Source of the DNA: Desulfobacterales bacterium
GTDB taxonomy: Bacteria > Desulfobacterota > Desulfobacteria > Desulfobacterales > UBA2174
Assembly (NCBI GenBank): GCA_963668645.2
Contig: CAXXWC010000010.1
Location: 224,001 to 288,000 of the forward strand
Direction: 5' to 3'
Length of the DNA: 64,000 bases
The notes beneath the pieces were generated by a model. It was not told the origin of the DNA and searched no databases. It saw nothing but the letters and a program-made list of their open reading frames with translations. Shown piece by piece: positions 26,467 through 36,473 of this stretch. A program made the translations under genes and the position numbers. Position 1 is the stretch's first letter, and the number at the start of each line of letters is the position of its first letter.

Positions 26467-28104
26467 TCAACTCCAGGGCTGCAGGCCCCAGATGAAAACC
26501 GCGATGCAGACCACCACCGCCACCAGGGGCCAGGTCAGCCCGGTGTAGCGGGTCTCGTCGTAGTGCTCGCCCCAGCCGTGGATGCGGTCGATCACCTGCA
26601 TGTCGACCGTGGTCGGGGCATAGGCTTTGAGCGCCTCGATCCGGTTGAAAACGATCGAAAGGATGATGAAAGCGGCAAAGCTCAAGGGCACGGTGACCAT
26701 GCCGCCGCTCATGCCCAGGGCCGCGGGCAGCCCCTTGCCGACGCAGATGCTCGGCAGCACGTGAGGCGAAATGACGATAAAGATGACCCCGCAAACGATC
26801 GACGAGATGATCAGGGCCAGTTTGTTGGCCTCCTTCCACCAGACCCCGAGCAAAATCCCCGGGGTGGCGGTGGTGGCCAGGAGCCCGAAGGCCCACAGGA
26901 TCGAGGTCACGAGGAACTTGGGCGGTTTGAAAGCCAGCAGGATGGCGGCAACCCCGCCCATGGCCAGGGCCACATATCCCCAATGCATCTTCTTTTTGCG
27001 ATCCATATCCGGGGCCAGGATCCCGAGCAGGTCGTTGCCCACCAGACCGGCAATGGCCATCAGATTCCCGCCGATGGTCGAAAGCCCGGCGGCCAGGGCC
27101 CCGCCCATGACGAAGGCCGCCACCAGGGTCGGATTATAGAAAACGTTGAGAATCAGCAGTGTCTGGTCCGGCTTCTTGATGACGTTGCCGGTGGTGGCGG
27201 CAAAGTAGTTACCGGCGAAACCGGCCACGTAGGTGCCGCAAAAGAGCAGGCCGAGGAAGATCACAAACCAGACCACGGCCCAGCGGGCGCTCTTGACGCT
27301 CGAAGAGGTAAAAACGCGCATGGCCAGATGCGGCAGGGCCACCGGCCCGAGGGTAAAGGCCGGAATCAGGGCGAAGTACCAGCGGAAATCGTACTTCATG
27401 TCAAAAAAGGTCGGCAGCGCCTTGAGCATGTTGGGCACCATGTCGCCGTAGGCCAAGGGCGGAAACCACCACCCCGAGGCACCCATCTGCTTCATGATCG
27501 CGCCCATGGGCACCACCATGGCCAGGGTCATGACGACCATCTGGAAGGCGGCGTTGTACGATGCCCCGTACATCCCGCCCATGGTGATGAAGCCGACGGT
27601 GGCCAGCCCGGCCACGATCAGGGCCGTGTTGTACGGCACCCCGAAGAGCAGCTCGAAGGCCCGGCCCAGACCGATCATCTGGCCCAGGGCGTACATCACC
27701 ATGATCAGGCACATCCAGCACACGATCACGATGGTGGCCCCGTTGCCGTAGCGCGCCTTGATGAAGCTGGCCGGCGTAAAGGCCTTCATGCGCCGCAGGC
27801 TCGTGCCGTACAGCAGGGTAAGCAGCGGAATGGAGATCGACCACTGGATCCACAGGTAGACAAAGGGCACTTGCAGTTTCTGGATCAGGGCGATGACGCC
27901 CAGAAAGGTCGCCAGCGAGGCCCAGGTGGCCGCCATACCCAGACCGTTGGTCACCGGTCCGATGGAAAACCCGGCGGCATAAAAATCCTCATCGCTGGAC
28001 GTCTTGCGGCTCGACCACCAGCCCACGTAATAAAAGCAGGCGAACAGGGCGACAACCACCCCAAGGCCCACCCACACGTTTTTCAGCACATATTCCATCT
28101 GCAT
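26467..28104 (-). CDS. Sodium:solute symporter (ActP-like monocarboxylate permease)
   Basis: FYAAG, WASLATFLG, ALPHLAMRVFT, GGALAAGLST; about 13 TM segments. Confidence 0.92.
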   Translation of the reverse strand: MQMEYVLKNVWVGLGVVVALFACFYYVGWWSSRKTSSDEDFYAAGFSIGPVTNGLGMAATWASLATFLGVIALIQKLQVPFVYLWIQWSISIPLLTLLYGTSLRRMKAFTPASFIKARYGNGATIVIVCWMCLIMVMYALGQMIGLGRAFELLFGVPYNTALIVAGLATVGFITMGGMYGASYNAAFQMVVMTLAMVVPMGAIMKQMGASGWWFPPLAYGDMVPNMLKALPTFFDMKYDFRWYFALIPAFTLGPVALPHLAMRVFTSSSVKSARWAVVWFVIFLGLLFCGTYVAGFAGNYFAATTGNVIKKPDQTLLILNVFYNPTLVAAFVMGGALAAGLSTIGGNLMAIAGLVGNDLLGILAPDMDRKKKMHWGYVALAMGGVAAILLAFKPPKFLVTSILWAFGLLATTATPGILLGVWWKEANKLALIISSIVCGVIFIVISPHVLPSICVGKGLPAALGMSGGMVTVPLSFAAFIILSIVFNRIEALKAYAPTTVDMQVIDRIHGWGEHYDETRYTGLTWPLVAVVVCIAVFIWGLQPWS

Positions 28105-28127
28105 GGTGTTCTCCCCCTTTTTATATA

Positions 28128-28421
28128 TCAGGCGGTCTCGCGGACCTTTTTAGCGGTTGTTTCGGTGGCCAGCGATTCCATCTCGTCGTCGAACTTGTTG
28201 CACACGATGGCCATCACGAAGCAAACAACGGCCAGGCCGAACCAGCCGAGCAGGATCGGCACGATATACTGGGTGGGAAACCCCATGAAAGTGCCGCTCT
28301 GAAGACCGGGAAACAGCACGAAAAGCGACGCACTGTGCCCCATCAGCATTAGCAGCAAGGTGAACACCACGGTGATGCGGATTTCCTTCTTGTAGAGTCT
28401 TTCTTTCGTATTCTCGCTCAT
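28128..28421 (-). CDS. Small symporter-associated membrane subunit (DUF4212/DUF485-like)
   Basis: Two TM helices with GFPTQY; directly upstream of the SSS gene. Confidence 0.75.
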   Translation of the reverse strand: MSENTKERLYKKEIRITVVFTLLLMLMGHSASLFVLFPGLQSGTFMGFPTQYIVPILLGWFGLAVVCFVMAIVCNKFDDEMESLATETTAKKVRETA

Positions 28422-28537
28422 GTACGCCACCCCTTCCACGATTGCGGTTGCCGCTGGCCCGGGATCAAAAGGACCTGGCAGGATTGAAAATCAAGGCCGG
28501 GGCGTCCCCCACAGCCGCCCCGGCCCGTTGGGCCGCC

Positions 28538-30175
28538 TTACTTATTGCGGCCCCATTCCTTGTCGCGCAGATCGATGCGCCGGATCTTGCCCGAAATCGT
28601 TTTGGGCAGTGCCTCGACGAACTCGATCTTGCGCGGGTACTTGTAAGGTGCGGTCACCTTCTTGACGTAGTCCTGCAGTTCTTTGACCAGGGCGTCGGAG
28701 GCCTCGAAGCCCGGGGCCAGGATCACGAAGGCCTTGACGACTTCGCCGCGGGTTTCGTCCGGGCTGGAAACCACGGCCGATTCTGCCACGGCATCGTGCT
28801 CGATCAGGGCGCTTTCCACCTCGAAGGGACCGATCCGGTAGCCCGAGGTCAGGATCACGTCGTCGGCCCGGCCCACGAACCAGAAATAGCCGTCCTCGTC
28901 CACGTAGGCCCGGTCCCCGGTCAGGTACCAGTCGCCGCGTACCGTGGATGCGGTGCGCCCCGGGTCGTTCCAGTACTCTTTGAAAAGGCCCACCGGGCGC
29001 TCGGGCTTGATGCGCACGGCGATGTCGCCCTCGGTGTTGGGCGGCAGTTTTTCGCCGTTTTCGTCGATCACCGCCAGGTCGATCCCCGGGCTCGGCTTGC
29101 CCATGGAACCGAAGCGCGGCTCGATGCAGCGGAAACTGCCGCAGAGGCAGACGGTTTCCGTCTGGCCGTAGCCATCGCGGATGGTGCAGCCGGTGGCCTC
29201 TTTCCAGACCTCGATGATTTCAGGGTTGAGCGGCTCGCCGGCCCCCACGCAGTGGCGCAGGTTGGGGAACTTGAACTTGCTCAGGTCCTGGAGCACGAGC
29301 ATGCGGTAAATGGTCGGGGCCCCGCACATGGTGGTGACCGGGTATTGGCTCAGCAATTCGAGGGTCTTGATCGGATCGAAGCGGTCCGTGTGGTGGATGA
29401 ACTGGGCCGCCCCCTGGTTGATCGGACCGAAATAGCTGCTCCAGGCCGCCTTGGCCCAGCCGGTATCGCTGATGTTCCAGTGCATGTCCTCGGGCTTGAG
29501 ATCGAGCCAGTACTTGCCGGTGATCTGGTGGCCGATGGGATAGCTGGCGTGGGTGTGCAGGGTCATCTTGGGCATCCCGGTGGTCCCGGAGGTAAAATAG
29601 AGGATGCACCGGTCTTGGCTCTTGGTCTTGGCCGTTTCGAACTGGTCCGAAGCCGCGGCCACCGCATCGGTATAATACGTCCATCCCTGGCGCGGTTCGC
29701 TGATGACGATCTTGCTCTTGAGGTTGGGGCATCCGGCCGCCACCTCGTCCACCTTGGCGGCCAGGGCCGGATTGGTGATCACGCAGACGGCGTCCGATTC
29801 GGTCAGGCGGTACTTGATATCCTTGGCGGTGAGCTGGGTGGTGCCCGGTGAGATGACCGCCCCCATGCGGATGCAGGCCGTGAAAATTTCCCACCACTCG
29901 ACGTTGCGCGGCAGGACCACCATCACCACGTCGTCCTGCTTGACCCCCTCGGCCTTCATCACGTTGCACAACTGGCGCGAGATGCGGGTCAGGTCGGCAT
30001 AGGTCTTTTTGATCTCCTGGCCTGCATCGTCCACCCAGAGCATGGCCAGTTTGGCCGCATCCTGGGCCCACTTGTCGATCACATCACCGGCGAAGTTGAA
30101 ATATTCCGGCTTGTTCCATTTGAACGCGGCATACTCCTGGCTGTAATCGGTCATGTTGGGTTTTTCGAGATCCAT
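28538..30175 (-). CDS. Short/medium-chain acyl-CoA synthetase (ACSM-like)
   Basis: YFTSGTTGMPK, SDTGWAK, GYGQTET, TGDRA, YKYPRKIEF, LPKTISGK; AGGAGG RBS. Confidence 0.95.
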   Translation of the reverse strand: MDLEKPNMTDYSQEYAAFKWNKPEYFNFAGDVIDKWAQDAAKLAMLWVDDAGQEIKKTYADLTRISRQLCNVMKAEGVKQDDVVMVVLPRNVEWWEIFTACIRMGAVISPGTTQLTAKDIKYRLTESDAVCVITNPALAAKVDEVAAGCPNLKSKIVISEPRQGWTYYTDAVAAASDQFETAKTKSQDRCILYFTSGTTGMPKMTLHTHASYPIGHQITGKYWLDLKPEDMHWNISDTGWAKAAWSSYFGPINQGAAQFIHHTDRFDPIKTLELLSQYPVTTMCGAPTIYRMLVLQDLSKFKFPNLRHCVGAGEPLNPEIIEVWKEATGCTIRDGYGQTETVCLCGSFRCIEPRFGSMGKPSPGIDLAVIDENGEKLPPNTEGDIAVRIKPERPVGLFKEYWNDPGRTASTVRGDWYLTGDRAYVDEDGYFWFVGRADDVILTSGYRIGPFEVESALIEHDAVAESAVVSSPDETRGEVVKAFVILAPGFEASDALVKELQDYVKKVTAPYKYPRKIEFVEALPKTISGKIRRIDLRDKEWGRNK

Positions 30176-30389
30176 GGTGGTGACCTTCCTCCTTTCGGTT
30201 GATGAAGGCACGGGCTTGATGCGGACCGCATGCCTGATGGCTGGACAGATGTTAAGGCGTGCAACAATCGATGAAGCTTGTTTAGTGCAGCTTCCTTCTA
30301 CGTTCTCACGCAAAGCGAAACAATCAGGCCGGAACCGATTTTGCGGTGGGGTCTGCACCTATTCGGCTCGTGGAAGGAAAGCCGACAGG

Positions 30390-30410
30390 TTGTAGGTGCA
30401 AAACCTACAA
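30390..30410. promoter_or_regulatory. Perfect inverted repeat, candidate NarL/LuxR-type operator
   Basis: TTGTAGGT-gcaaa-ACCTACAA between the response regulator and the acyl-CoA synthetase. Confidence 0.55.
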
Positions 30411-30433
30411 ACGAGAATTACTGGGGGGGGGAT

Positions 30434-31099
30434 TCAGTCAGAGGGCGACCGGCCGCCGGTGCGGGCCCAATGGACCGCGTAGCGTACCAGTTCGGTGCCG
30501 TGCTTCAGGTTGAGCTTTTCCTTGATCCGTTCGCGATAGGTGCCGATGGTCTTGATGCTCAGGTGCAGCCGGCGGGCGATTTCCCGGCTGCTCAACCCCT
30601 GGCCCAGGAGGCGGAGCACTTCCAGCTCCCTGTCGGTAAGCCGTTCGATGGGCGACTTGTCCCGGCCCATAGGGGCGGTGGCCAGGCTGGTGAGGATGTG
30701 CTCCTTGACCGGATCGTCCAGATAGATCTTGCCGTCCAGGACTTCGTGCACCGCCCGGACCACCTTGGCCATGGCCTCCTGTTTCATGATGTAGCCGCGC
30801 GCCCCGGCGTGCAAGGCCCGCTCGGCATACAAGAACGCATCGTGCATGGAAAGGATCAGCACCGGGATGCGCCCCTTGAAGCTTCGCACGACTTCGCGCG
30901 CCAGCTCGATACCGTCTCCCTGGGGCAGGGAGATGTCGGCGATGATCATATCCGGCTTGGTGCGTTCGATGGCCTGCCAGGCCTGGCTGACATTTTCGGC
31001 CCCGCCGCAGACTTCCAGGTCGTCTTCCTGGTTGATCAGTTCGGTGAGTCCCAGCCGGAAGATGGGATGGTCCTCGACGATCAAAATCCGCTTTTTCAT
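30434..31099 (-). CDS. NarL/LuxR family response regulator
   Basis: VEDHP receiver, ADISL, LTDRELEVL HTH. Confidence 0.95.
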   Translation of the reverse strand: MKKRILIVEDHPIFRLGLTELINQEDDLEVCGGAENVSQAWQAIERTKPDMIIADISLPQGDGIELAREVVRSFKGRIPVLILSMHDAFLYAERALHAGARGYIMKQEAMAKVVRAVHEVLDGKIYLDDPVKEHILTSLATAPMGRDKSPIERLTDRELEVLRLLGQGLSSREIARRLHLSIKTIGTYRERIKEKLNLKHGTELVRYAVHWARTGGRSPSD

Positions 31100-33315
31100 G
31101 TCCGGTATGTTCCCTTATCGAAGTTGGGGCAAGGCAAGGTCAAGACCACCCGGCAACCGCCGGCCGCACCGGCGTCAATCTCCAGAGTCGCCCCGATAAT
31201 CCTGGCACGGAAGCCCATGATGCGCAATCCCATGCCGCTGCCGTCGACTTCTGCCGGCATGCCGCTGCCGTCGTCTGCAATCGCGAGGCGGACCGAGCCC
31301 TCAGCACGGGTCAGGGTCATCTCGATGTTCCGGGCCCGGCCGTGGCGCACGGCGTTGTGCAGGGCCTCTTGGGCGATGCGGAACACGTGGGTGGCGGTGA
31401 CATTGTCGCGCACCGGGGCTTCGGCGTCGCAGCGGAACCGGCACTGGATCCCGAAAACGGCGCCGGTATTGGCCGCCAGCTCGTTGAGCGAGGCCTCGAG
31501 CCCGTGGTCGACCAGGTAAACCGGGCACAGGCCCCGGGCCAGGCGCCGCGTCTTGGAGATCGCCTCCTGGATCAGGTGCTTGATATTGCCGGCCAGATCG
31601 GTTTCAGGGGCCGATAGGGCCCCCAGCTTGCGGGTCAGCACAGCGCAAAGCCCCTCGATGCCGATCAGATGCGGGGCCAGATCGTCATGCAGGTCGTGGC
31701 CGATATTCTGGCGCTCCTGGTCGCCGATATCCATGATCTCTTTTTCGAGCCGGCGCAGCTCCGAGATATCGCGGTGGATGGTAACGCAGCCGATCAGCTG
31801 GTCTTCCCGGTTGCGGTAGACCGCCCCCGAGATGCTCACCTCGATCTGGCGCCCGTCCTTGGTGTAGCGCCGGGTTTCGACCGGCGTCAGACGCTGGCCG
31901 TGCATCAGGCGGCTGAGTCCCTGGCGTACGGTTTCCCAGGTGTCGGCCGGCACGAAGCGGTCCAGGCGCTTGCCGAGGCATTCGTCCGGGGTCCATCCGT
32001 AAACCTGGGTGAAGGCCGGATTGAGATAGTCGACCCGGCCTTGCATATCATAGACGATGATCGGATCCGGCGCCGCCTCCATCACCGAACGGTAGTTTTC
32101 CTCGCTGATCCGCAAGGCCGCCTCGGCCTCCTTGCGCTCGGCGATCTCGCTTTCCAGGCTGCGGCTGTAATCTTGCAGCCGGTCCATGAAGGTGTTGAAG
32201 TAGGCGCTGAGCTGGCCCACCTCGTCGGCGCCATCCTGGCGCACCCGGCCGGAAAAGTCGCCCTGGGCGGCCCGGTCCAGGCGGCCGATGAGCTCTTGCA
32301 GGGGAAGGGTGATCGTGCGGCTGATCCAGAAGGTAATGGGCAGCAGCACCAGCCAGCACGCCATGGCGGTAAAGATGATCACCCGGCTGATGGTCTCCAG
32401 CGGGGTGTAGAATTCGTCTATGTAGCTCGACGAGGCCAGGATCCACCCGAACCCGGGCAGGTCGTTGAAGATCACCAGCTTGGTGCGCGGTGCGTCTTCG
32501 CCCGGATTGCGCCAGTTGTAGATCAGCTTGCCGCGCTTTTGGGCCAGCATGGTGCGGATGGGATGCTCCAGAATCTCGGGGTTTTCCTGAATGCTGAGCC
32601 CCTGGAGGGTCGGATGAACGATCAGCCGGCCGGTCTGGCTCAGAATGAAGCTGTAGCCGGTGCGCCCGAAGCGCATGTCCAGGACCCCGTCGCGAAAATC
32701 CTCCACATTGACCAACTGCGAAAACTCCGTGCGGTAGCTCGAAGCGTTGATGATCCAGTCCCAGGGTTCGAAGTAGGTGCAATACAGGGCCTTGGGCCGC
32801 GGCCGGTCATCACCTGGATTTTGCCACTCGTATTCGATGTAGCCTTCTTTGCGGGTGATCATTTGCTGGACAAAAGCCTGGCTGCTGATATCCTTGCCGA
32901 TCCAGATCTTTTCCGGATGGATCAGCATGGTGCCGGTGGAGCTGACGCAGGCGATATAGCCGGTGCGGCCGATCTTCTGGCTCAGCAAAACCGCCTCGGC
33001 CTTGTCCCGGGCGTCGGCCTCGCTCAAGACCCCTTGGCGGTACTGGTGGTAAAAATACTCGACGATTTCGAGATTTTTTTCGGCCACGGCCCGCAGGTGG
33101 TTCTTGATGGAAACCGACACCGCCGTGCGCACCATGTTGAGCAGGGCCGCGGTGGAATTGGTCAGTTCGGCTTCGATGTTGGCTTCGATGGTCCGGCGCA
33201 CCACTTGATACATCACGCTACTGCTCAACGTCAGCGCCAGAACAAACGCCGCCGAATAACTGAAGAGCAGCTTATGCCGGATGGGTAGGCTCTTGAGTTG
33301 CCAGGAAAGCGTCAT
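31096..33315 (-). CDS. Sensor histidine kinase (Cache-HAMP-PAS-HisKA_3)
   Basis: Periplasmic Cache-like repeats, HAMP DEVGQL, PAS, GHDLHD, QEALHNAVRH, DDGSG, GMGL; likely start MTLSWQ. Confidence 0.92.
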   Translation of the reverse strand: MTLSWQLKSLPIRHKLLFSYSAAFVLALTLSSSVMYQVVRRTIEANIEAELTNSTAALLNMVRTAVSVSIKNHLRAVAEKNLEIVEYFYHQYRQGVLSEADARDKAEAVLLSQKIGRTGYIACVSSTGTMLIHPEKIWIGKDISSQAFVQQMITRKEGYIEYEWQNPGDDRPRPKALYCTYFEPWDWIINASSYRTEFSQLVNVEDFRDGVLDMRFGRTGYSFILSQTGRLIVHPTLQGLSIQENPEILEHPIRTMLAQKRGKLIYNWRNPGEDAPRTKLVIFNDLPGFGWILASSSYIDEFYTPLETISRVIIFTAMACWLVLLPITFWISRTITLPLQELIGRLDRAAQGDFSGRVRQDGADEVGQLSAYFNTFMDRLQDYSRSLESEIAERKEAEAALRISEENYRSVMEAAPDPIIVYDMQGRVDYLNPAFTQVYGWTPDECLGKRLDRFVPADTWETVRQGLSRLMHGQRLTPVETRRYTKDGRQIEVSISGAVYRNREDQLIGCVTIHRDISELRRLEKEIMDIGDQERQNIGHDLHDDLAPHLIGIEGLCAVLTRKLGALSAPETDLAGNIKHLIQEAISKTRRLARGLCPVYLVDHGLEASLNELAANTGAVFGIQCRFRCDAEAPVRDNVTATHVFRIAQEALHNAVRHGRARNIEMTLTRAEGSVRLAIADDGSGMPAEVDGSGMGLRIMGFRARIIGATLEIDAGAAGGCRVVLTLPCPNFDKGTYRT

Positions 33316-33377
33316 GGGACCTCGTTTTTTAAACCAGGGGTGGGGCCGTCCTCGCAGGCTGGGCCCGGATACGGCTT

Positions 33378-35312
33378 TCAGCGAAAGAAATTGACCCAAA
33401 AGACCCGAAACCGGTTTTGCATCTCCTTTTGCAGCCGCACCACCGCCGCAAGGGCGTCTTTGAGCAGGAGCCGGTCCCGCGGGGTCAACTGCCGCGGATC
33501 GATGTAATGATCCGGGGCCTGGCCCTGGGCCGCCTGCCGGGCGTCGCTGCGGATCTTGAAAAGCATCAGGGTCTCGAAGGCGGCCCGGTAATGGTCGGCA
33601 TCTTCGGCCGCGATGGCACCGGCTTCGGCCAGAAGCTGCAGCCGTGCCAGGGTGGCCGGCTCGCTGATGCGCTGGTTGACCGCCAGGAGGCGCAGGGCGT
33701 TGACCATGTGGACCAGGGCCCGGGTCTTGAGGTTCAGCCTGTCTTTGTGGGGGCCGCTTTTTTCGGTGACGATGGTCCCCAGCAGGCTCAGCGGGGCGGA
33801 AAATTGCCGATCGTCGGTGCTCAGCAGATGGCTGGCGCTCATGGAATCCTGGAAGGCGCGAAAAATCGTTTCCCAGAGCGATTCGGCCAGACTGCGGCTG
33901 CCCCACACCGAGCGGCAGTCGAGCAGAATCGTCAACCGGCGCACATGTTCGGGGCTGGGAGAGCCGATCCAGCCGGCCACGGCCCGCTGCCACTCGGAAA
34001 GGGACCGGCACCATTGACTTTCACTGGCCATGACCCCGCCCGGGCAGCGGGCAAAACCGCAGGCGACCAGGCCGTCCACCACGATGGCGCCCAGGCGGGC
34101 AAAATACCGGCGCGCCACTTCGCTGTGCTCCGGCGCAGGATCGGCATACACGATGGCGTTGTCCTGATCGGTGCGCAGGGTCTGCTCGCGCCGGGCCCCG
34201 CTGCCCATGTTGATCCAGCAGTAGGCCGCCGGCGGCGGGCCATGTCCTTCCCGGCGCATCCGCTCCTCGGCCAGCCGGATGACCCGTCGGGTCAGCCTTT
34301 CGTGCAGGGTGCTCATCACCTCGAGAATGTCGACCACCGAAGCCTGCTCTTCGAGCATCGTGCCCAGGACCTGGTCCACGGCCTGGCCGGTACGCACCAG
34401 GGCCTCGATGCTTTGCTGATGATCGATGTCCTGGGCCAGGAGCAGATGGCCGGTGCTGCGGTTGCGGACCAGGTCGGCCATGGTGACCATCCCCACCGGC
34501 AGCCCACGTTCGACCACCAGCAGATGGGCCACTGCGTTGCGCAGCATGGCCACCAGGGCCTGGCCGCTGTAAGCCTCCGGTGCGACGGCAAAAAACTTCC
34601 GGCTGCACACCTGGCCGACCTTGCATTGCGCTACCGGGTAGCGCCGATCGGCCACCAGATGGCGCACCAGATGCCGGGCGCTGAGCATCCCGCAGGCCTT
34701 GCCGTCCGGCTCCAGGACCACCAGGGCCCCCAGGTCCCGGTCCACCATGACGCGGGCCGCCTCGGTTACCGGGGCATCCACCGGGCAACCGACCACCGGC
34801 GTGCTCATGATGTCGCTCACCCGCCGCCGGAAAAGCGGCTCGGCCACGCAGGCATATGCAGGGCGCGACTGTTCGGCGGAAAGCTCGGCAAAGAGCAGGC
34901 GCATCCGTTCGGCCAGGATCGCTGAAAAGAAACCGGACAACTCCACATGCCCGTGGATCAGGGCCTCGAGGGTGCGCCGGGGGATGCAGACCGCCTTTAA
35001 GGGCTGGCGCGCCCGGGCCGCGGCCGGATAGCGCTGCCCGGAAAGGACCGTGGTTTCACCGAAAAAATCGTAGGGCCGGCGCATTCCCACCACCGACTCC
35101 TCCCCGGCTTCGCTGCGCACGGTGATTTCCACCAGCCCCTCGACCACCACCATGAGGCATCCCAGGCTCTGCTCGCCCTGGCGAAACACGTAGTGGTGGG
35201 CCGGCCAGGTGCGCACCCCGGCCGAGACCGCCACCTCTTCCAGGGCTTCGATGCTCAGAATGGCAAACGGTTCGGTGCGGGCCAGTACATCCCTGATGGC
35301 CTTGGGCTCCAT
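33378..35312 (-). CDS. cNMP-binding/CBS/DUF294 putative nucleotidyltransferase
   Basis: cNMP FFGE, CBS pair, MGSGARREQTLRTDQDN, CPGGVMAS. Confidence 0.92.
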   Translation of the reverse strand: MEPKAIRDVLARTEPFAILSIEALEEVAVSAGVRTWPAHHYVFRQGEQSLGCLMVVVEGLVEITVRSEAGEESVVGMRRPYDFFGETTVLSGQRYPAAARARQPLKAVCIPRRTLEALIHGHVELSGFFSAILAERMRLLFAELSAEQSRPAYACVAEPLFRRRVSDIMSTPVVGCPVDAPVTEAARVMVDRDLGALVVLEPDGKACGMLSARHLVRHLVADRRYPVAQCKVGQVCSRKFFAVAPEAYSGQALVAMLRNAVAHLLVVERGLPVGMVTMADLVRNRSTGHLLLAQDIDHQQSIEALVRTGQAVDQVLGTMLEEQASVVDILEVMSTLHERLTRRVIRLAEERMRREGHGPPPAAYCWINMGSGARREQTLRTDQDNAIVYADPAPEHSEVARRYFARLGAIVVDGLVACGFARCPGGVMASESQWCRSLSEWQRAVAGWIGSPSPEHVRRLTILLDCRSVWGSRSLAESLWETIFRAFQDSMSASHLLSTDDRQFSAPLSLLGTIVTEKSGPHKDRLNLKTRALVHMVNALRLLAVNQRISEPATLARLQLLAEAGAIAAEDADHYRAAFETLMLFKIRSDARQAAQGQAPDHYIDPRQLTPRDRLLLKDALAAVVRLQKEMQNRFRVFWVNFFR

Positions 35313-35597
35313 GATGAAAGGCTCCTCTCACGCCAATGGCATCCGAATCTCTTTCATTAAATGACTCCATTCCGTTTGACAACCGGCTTTCCCCTTGCCA
35401 CCGGGCCCCGCCAAAGCCGGGATCCGCTCTGTTTGCGTGTCAGGCTTTCAAATTGTCGCCGTTTTCCACCGATCTGCCCAGCCCAAACCCATCCCCTCCC
35501 GGACACCCCGGGGAGGCCCATCCCCATCACGTGTCAACTGCAGATTCTTCATCAACGCTCCGGAATGATACGGTGTATAGGAAAGCAAAAATTGCTC

Positions 35598-35650
35598 TTG
35601 ACAAGCCACCGGACGGGTGGTAGCGTTCTTATGACTGAGCGCTCGTTCAG
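35598..35650 (+). promoter_or_regulatory. sigma70 promoter plus palindromic TetR-type operator
   Basis: TTGACA-17-TAGCGT, then CTGAGCG-CT-CGTTCAG (35635-35650) at the predicted start site. Confidence 0.65.
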
Positions 35651-35715
35651 ATTGCAAGCGCACCCCCACCCCCCCACAAATCTGTTGCAGTTCAGTAGGT
35701 TGCGGAAAGGCCGGC

Positions 35716-36360
35716 ATGAAGGCGAACGGAGCACGCGTGCCGAACATTGAAACTCAGGTCAAGAACCCCGAACTCGTCGAACGCCGCCGGCGCGAAATCG
35801 TCGACGCGGCCGTCCCCCTTTTTATTCAAAAAGGGTTTCACAAGACCACTACCCGCGAAATCGCTGCGGCCACCGGATTTTCCATCGGGCTGCTCTACGA
35901 GTACGTGCGCAGCAAGGAAGACGTCCTCTATCTGGTCTGCGATGCGATTCACGGCGAGGTCGAACGGGGCGTTGACGAGGCCCTCAAGGGGCACACTCGC
36001 GGCCGGGATGCCCTGGCCGGGATGATCCGGGCCTATTTCGAGGTCTGCCATCGGATGAGCGACCATATCCTGCTCATCTACCAGGAAACCCAGAGTCTGC
36101 CGCCCCATTGGCGCAAGCGGGTCCTGGAAAACGAGGTGCGCCTCACCGGCCTGTTCGTCAATGCTCTGGCACGTATCGAAGGGCACGGAGATCTGCCACG
36201 GCTCACGGAAAAATCCATCGAACTGATGGCACACAACATCACCGTGCTCGGTCACATGTGGACCTTCCGACGCTGGTTTCTGGCCCGTCATTACAGCATT
36301 GAGGACTATACCGCCCTGCAAACCGACCTTATCACCGGCCTGCTGGGGGGCCTCGCTTAG
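35716..36360 (+). CDS. TetR/AcrR family regulator
   Basis: LFIQKGFHKTTTREIA...GLLYEYVRSKED; alternative GTG start at 35737. Confidence 0.93.
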   Translation: MKANGARVPNIETQVKNPELVERRRREIVDAAVPLFIQKGFHKTTTREIAAATGFSIGLLYEYVRSKEDVLYLVCDAIHGEVERGVDEALKGHTRGRDALAGMIRAYFEVCHRMSDHILLIYQETQSLPPHWRKRVLENEVRLTGLFVNALARIEGHGDLPRLTEKSIELMAHNITVLGHMWTFRRWFLARHYSIEDYTALQTDLITGLLGGLA

Positions 36361-36473
36361 CAGACCACGGGTGGGTGCCGTGGTGATCAGAAAAACGAAT
36401 TGATCCAATCCGAGATTCAAAGCGCGCCGTGAAGAAGGCCGCGCGACATGAAACTGCATTCCAAGGAGGGGCC

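Noticed and set aside
26563..29851. Long plus-strand ORFs (579 and 469 aa)
   Set aside because: Antisense shadows of the symporter and acyl-CoA synthetase.
33316..34014. 233-aa N-terminal extension of the histidine kinase in the track
   Set aside because: It overlaps the DUF294 gene in another frame and has low-complexity Pro/Arg/Gly composition.
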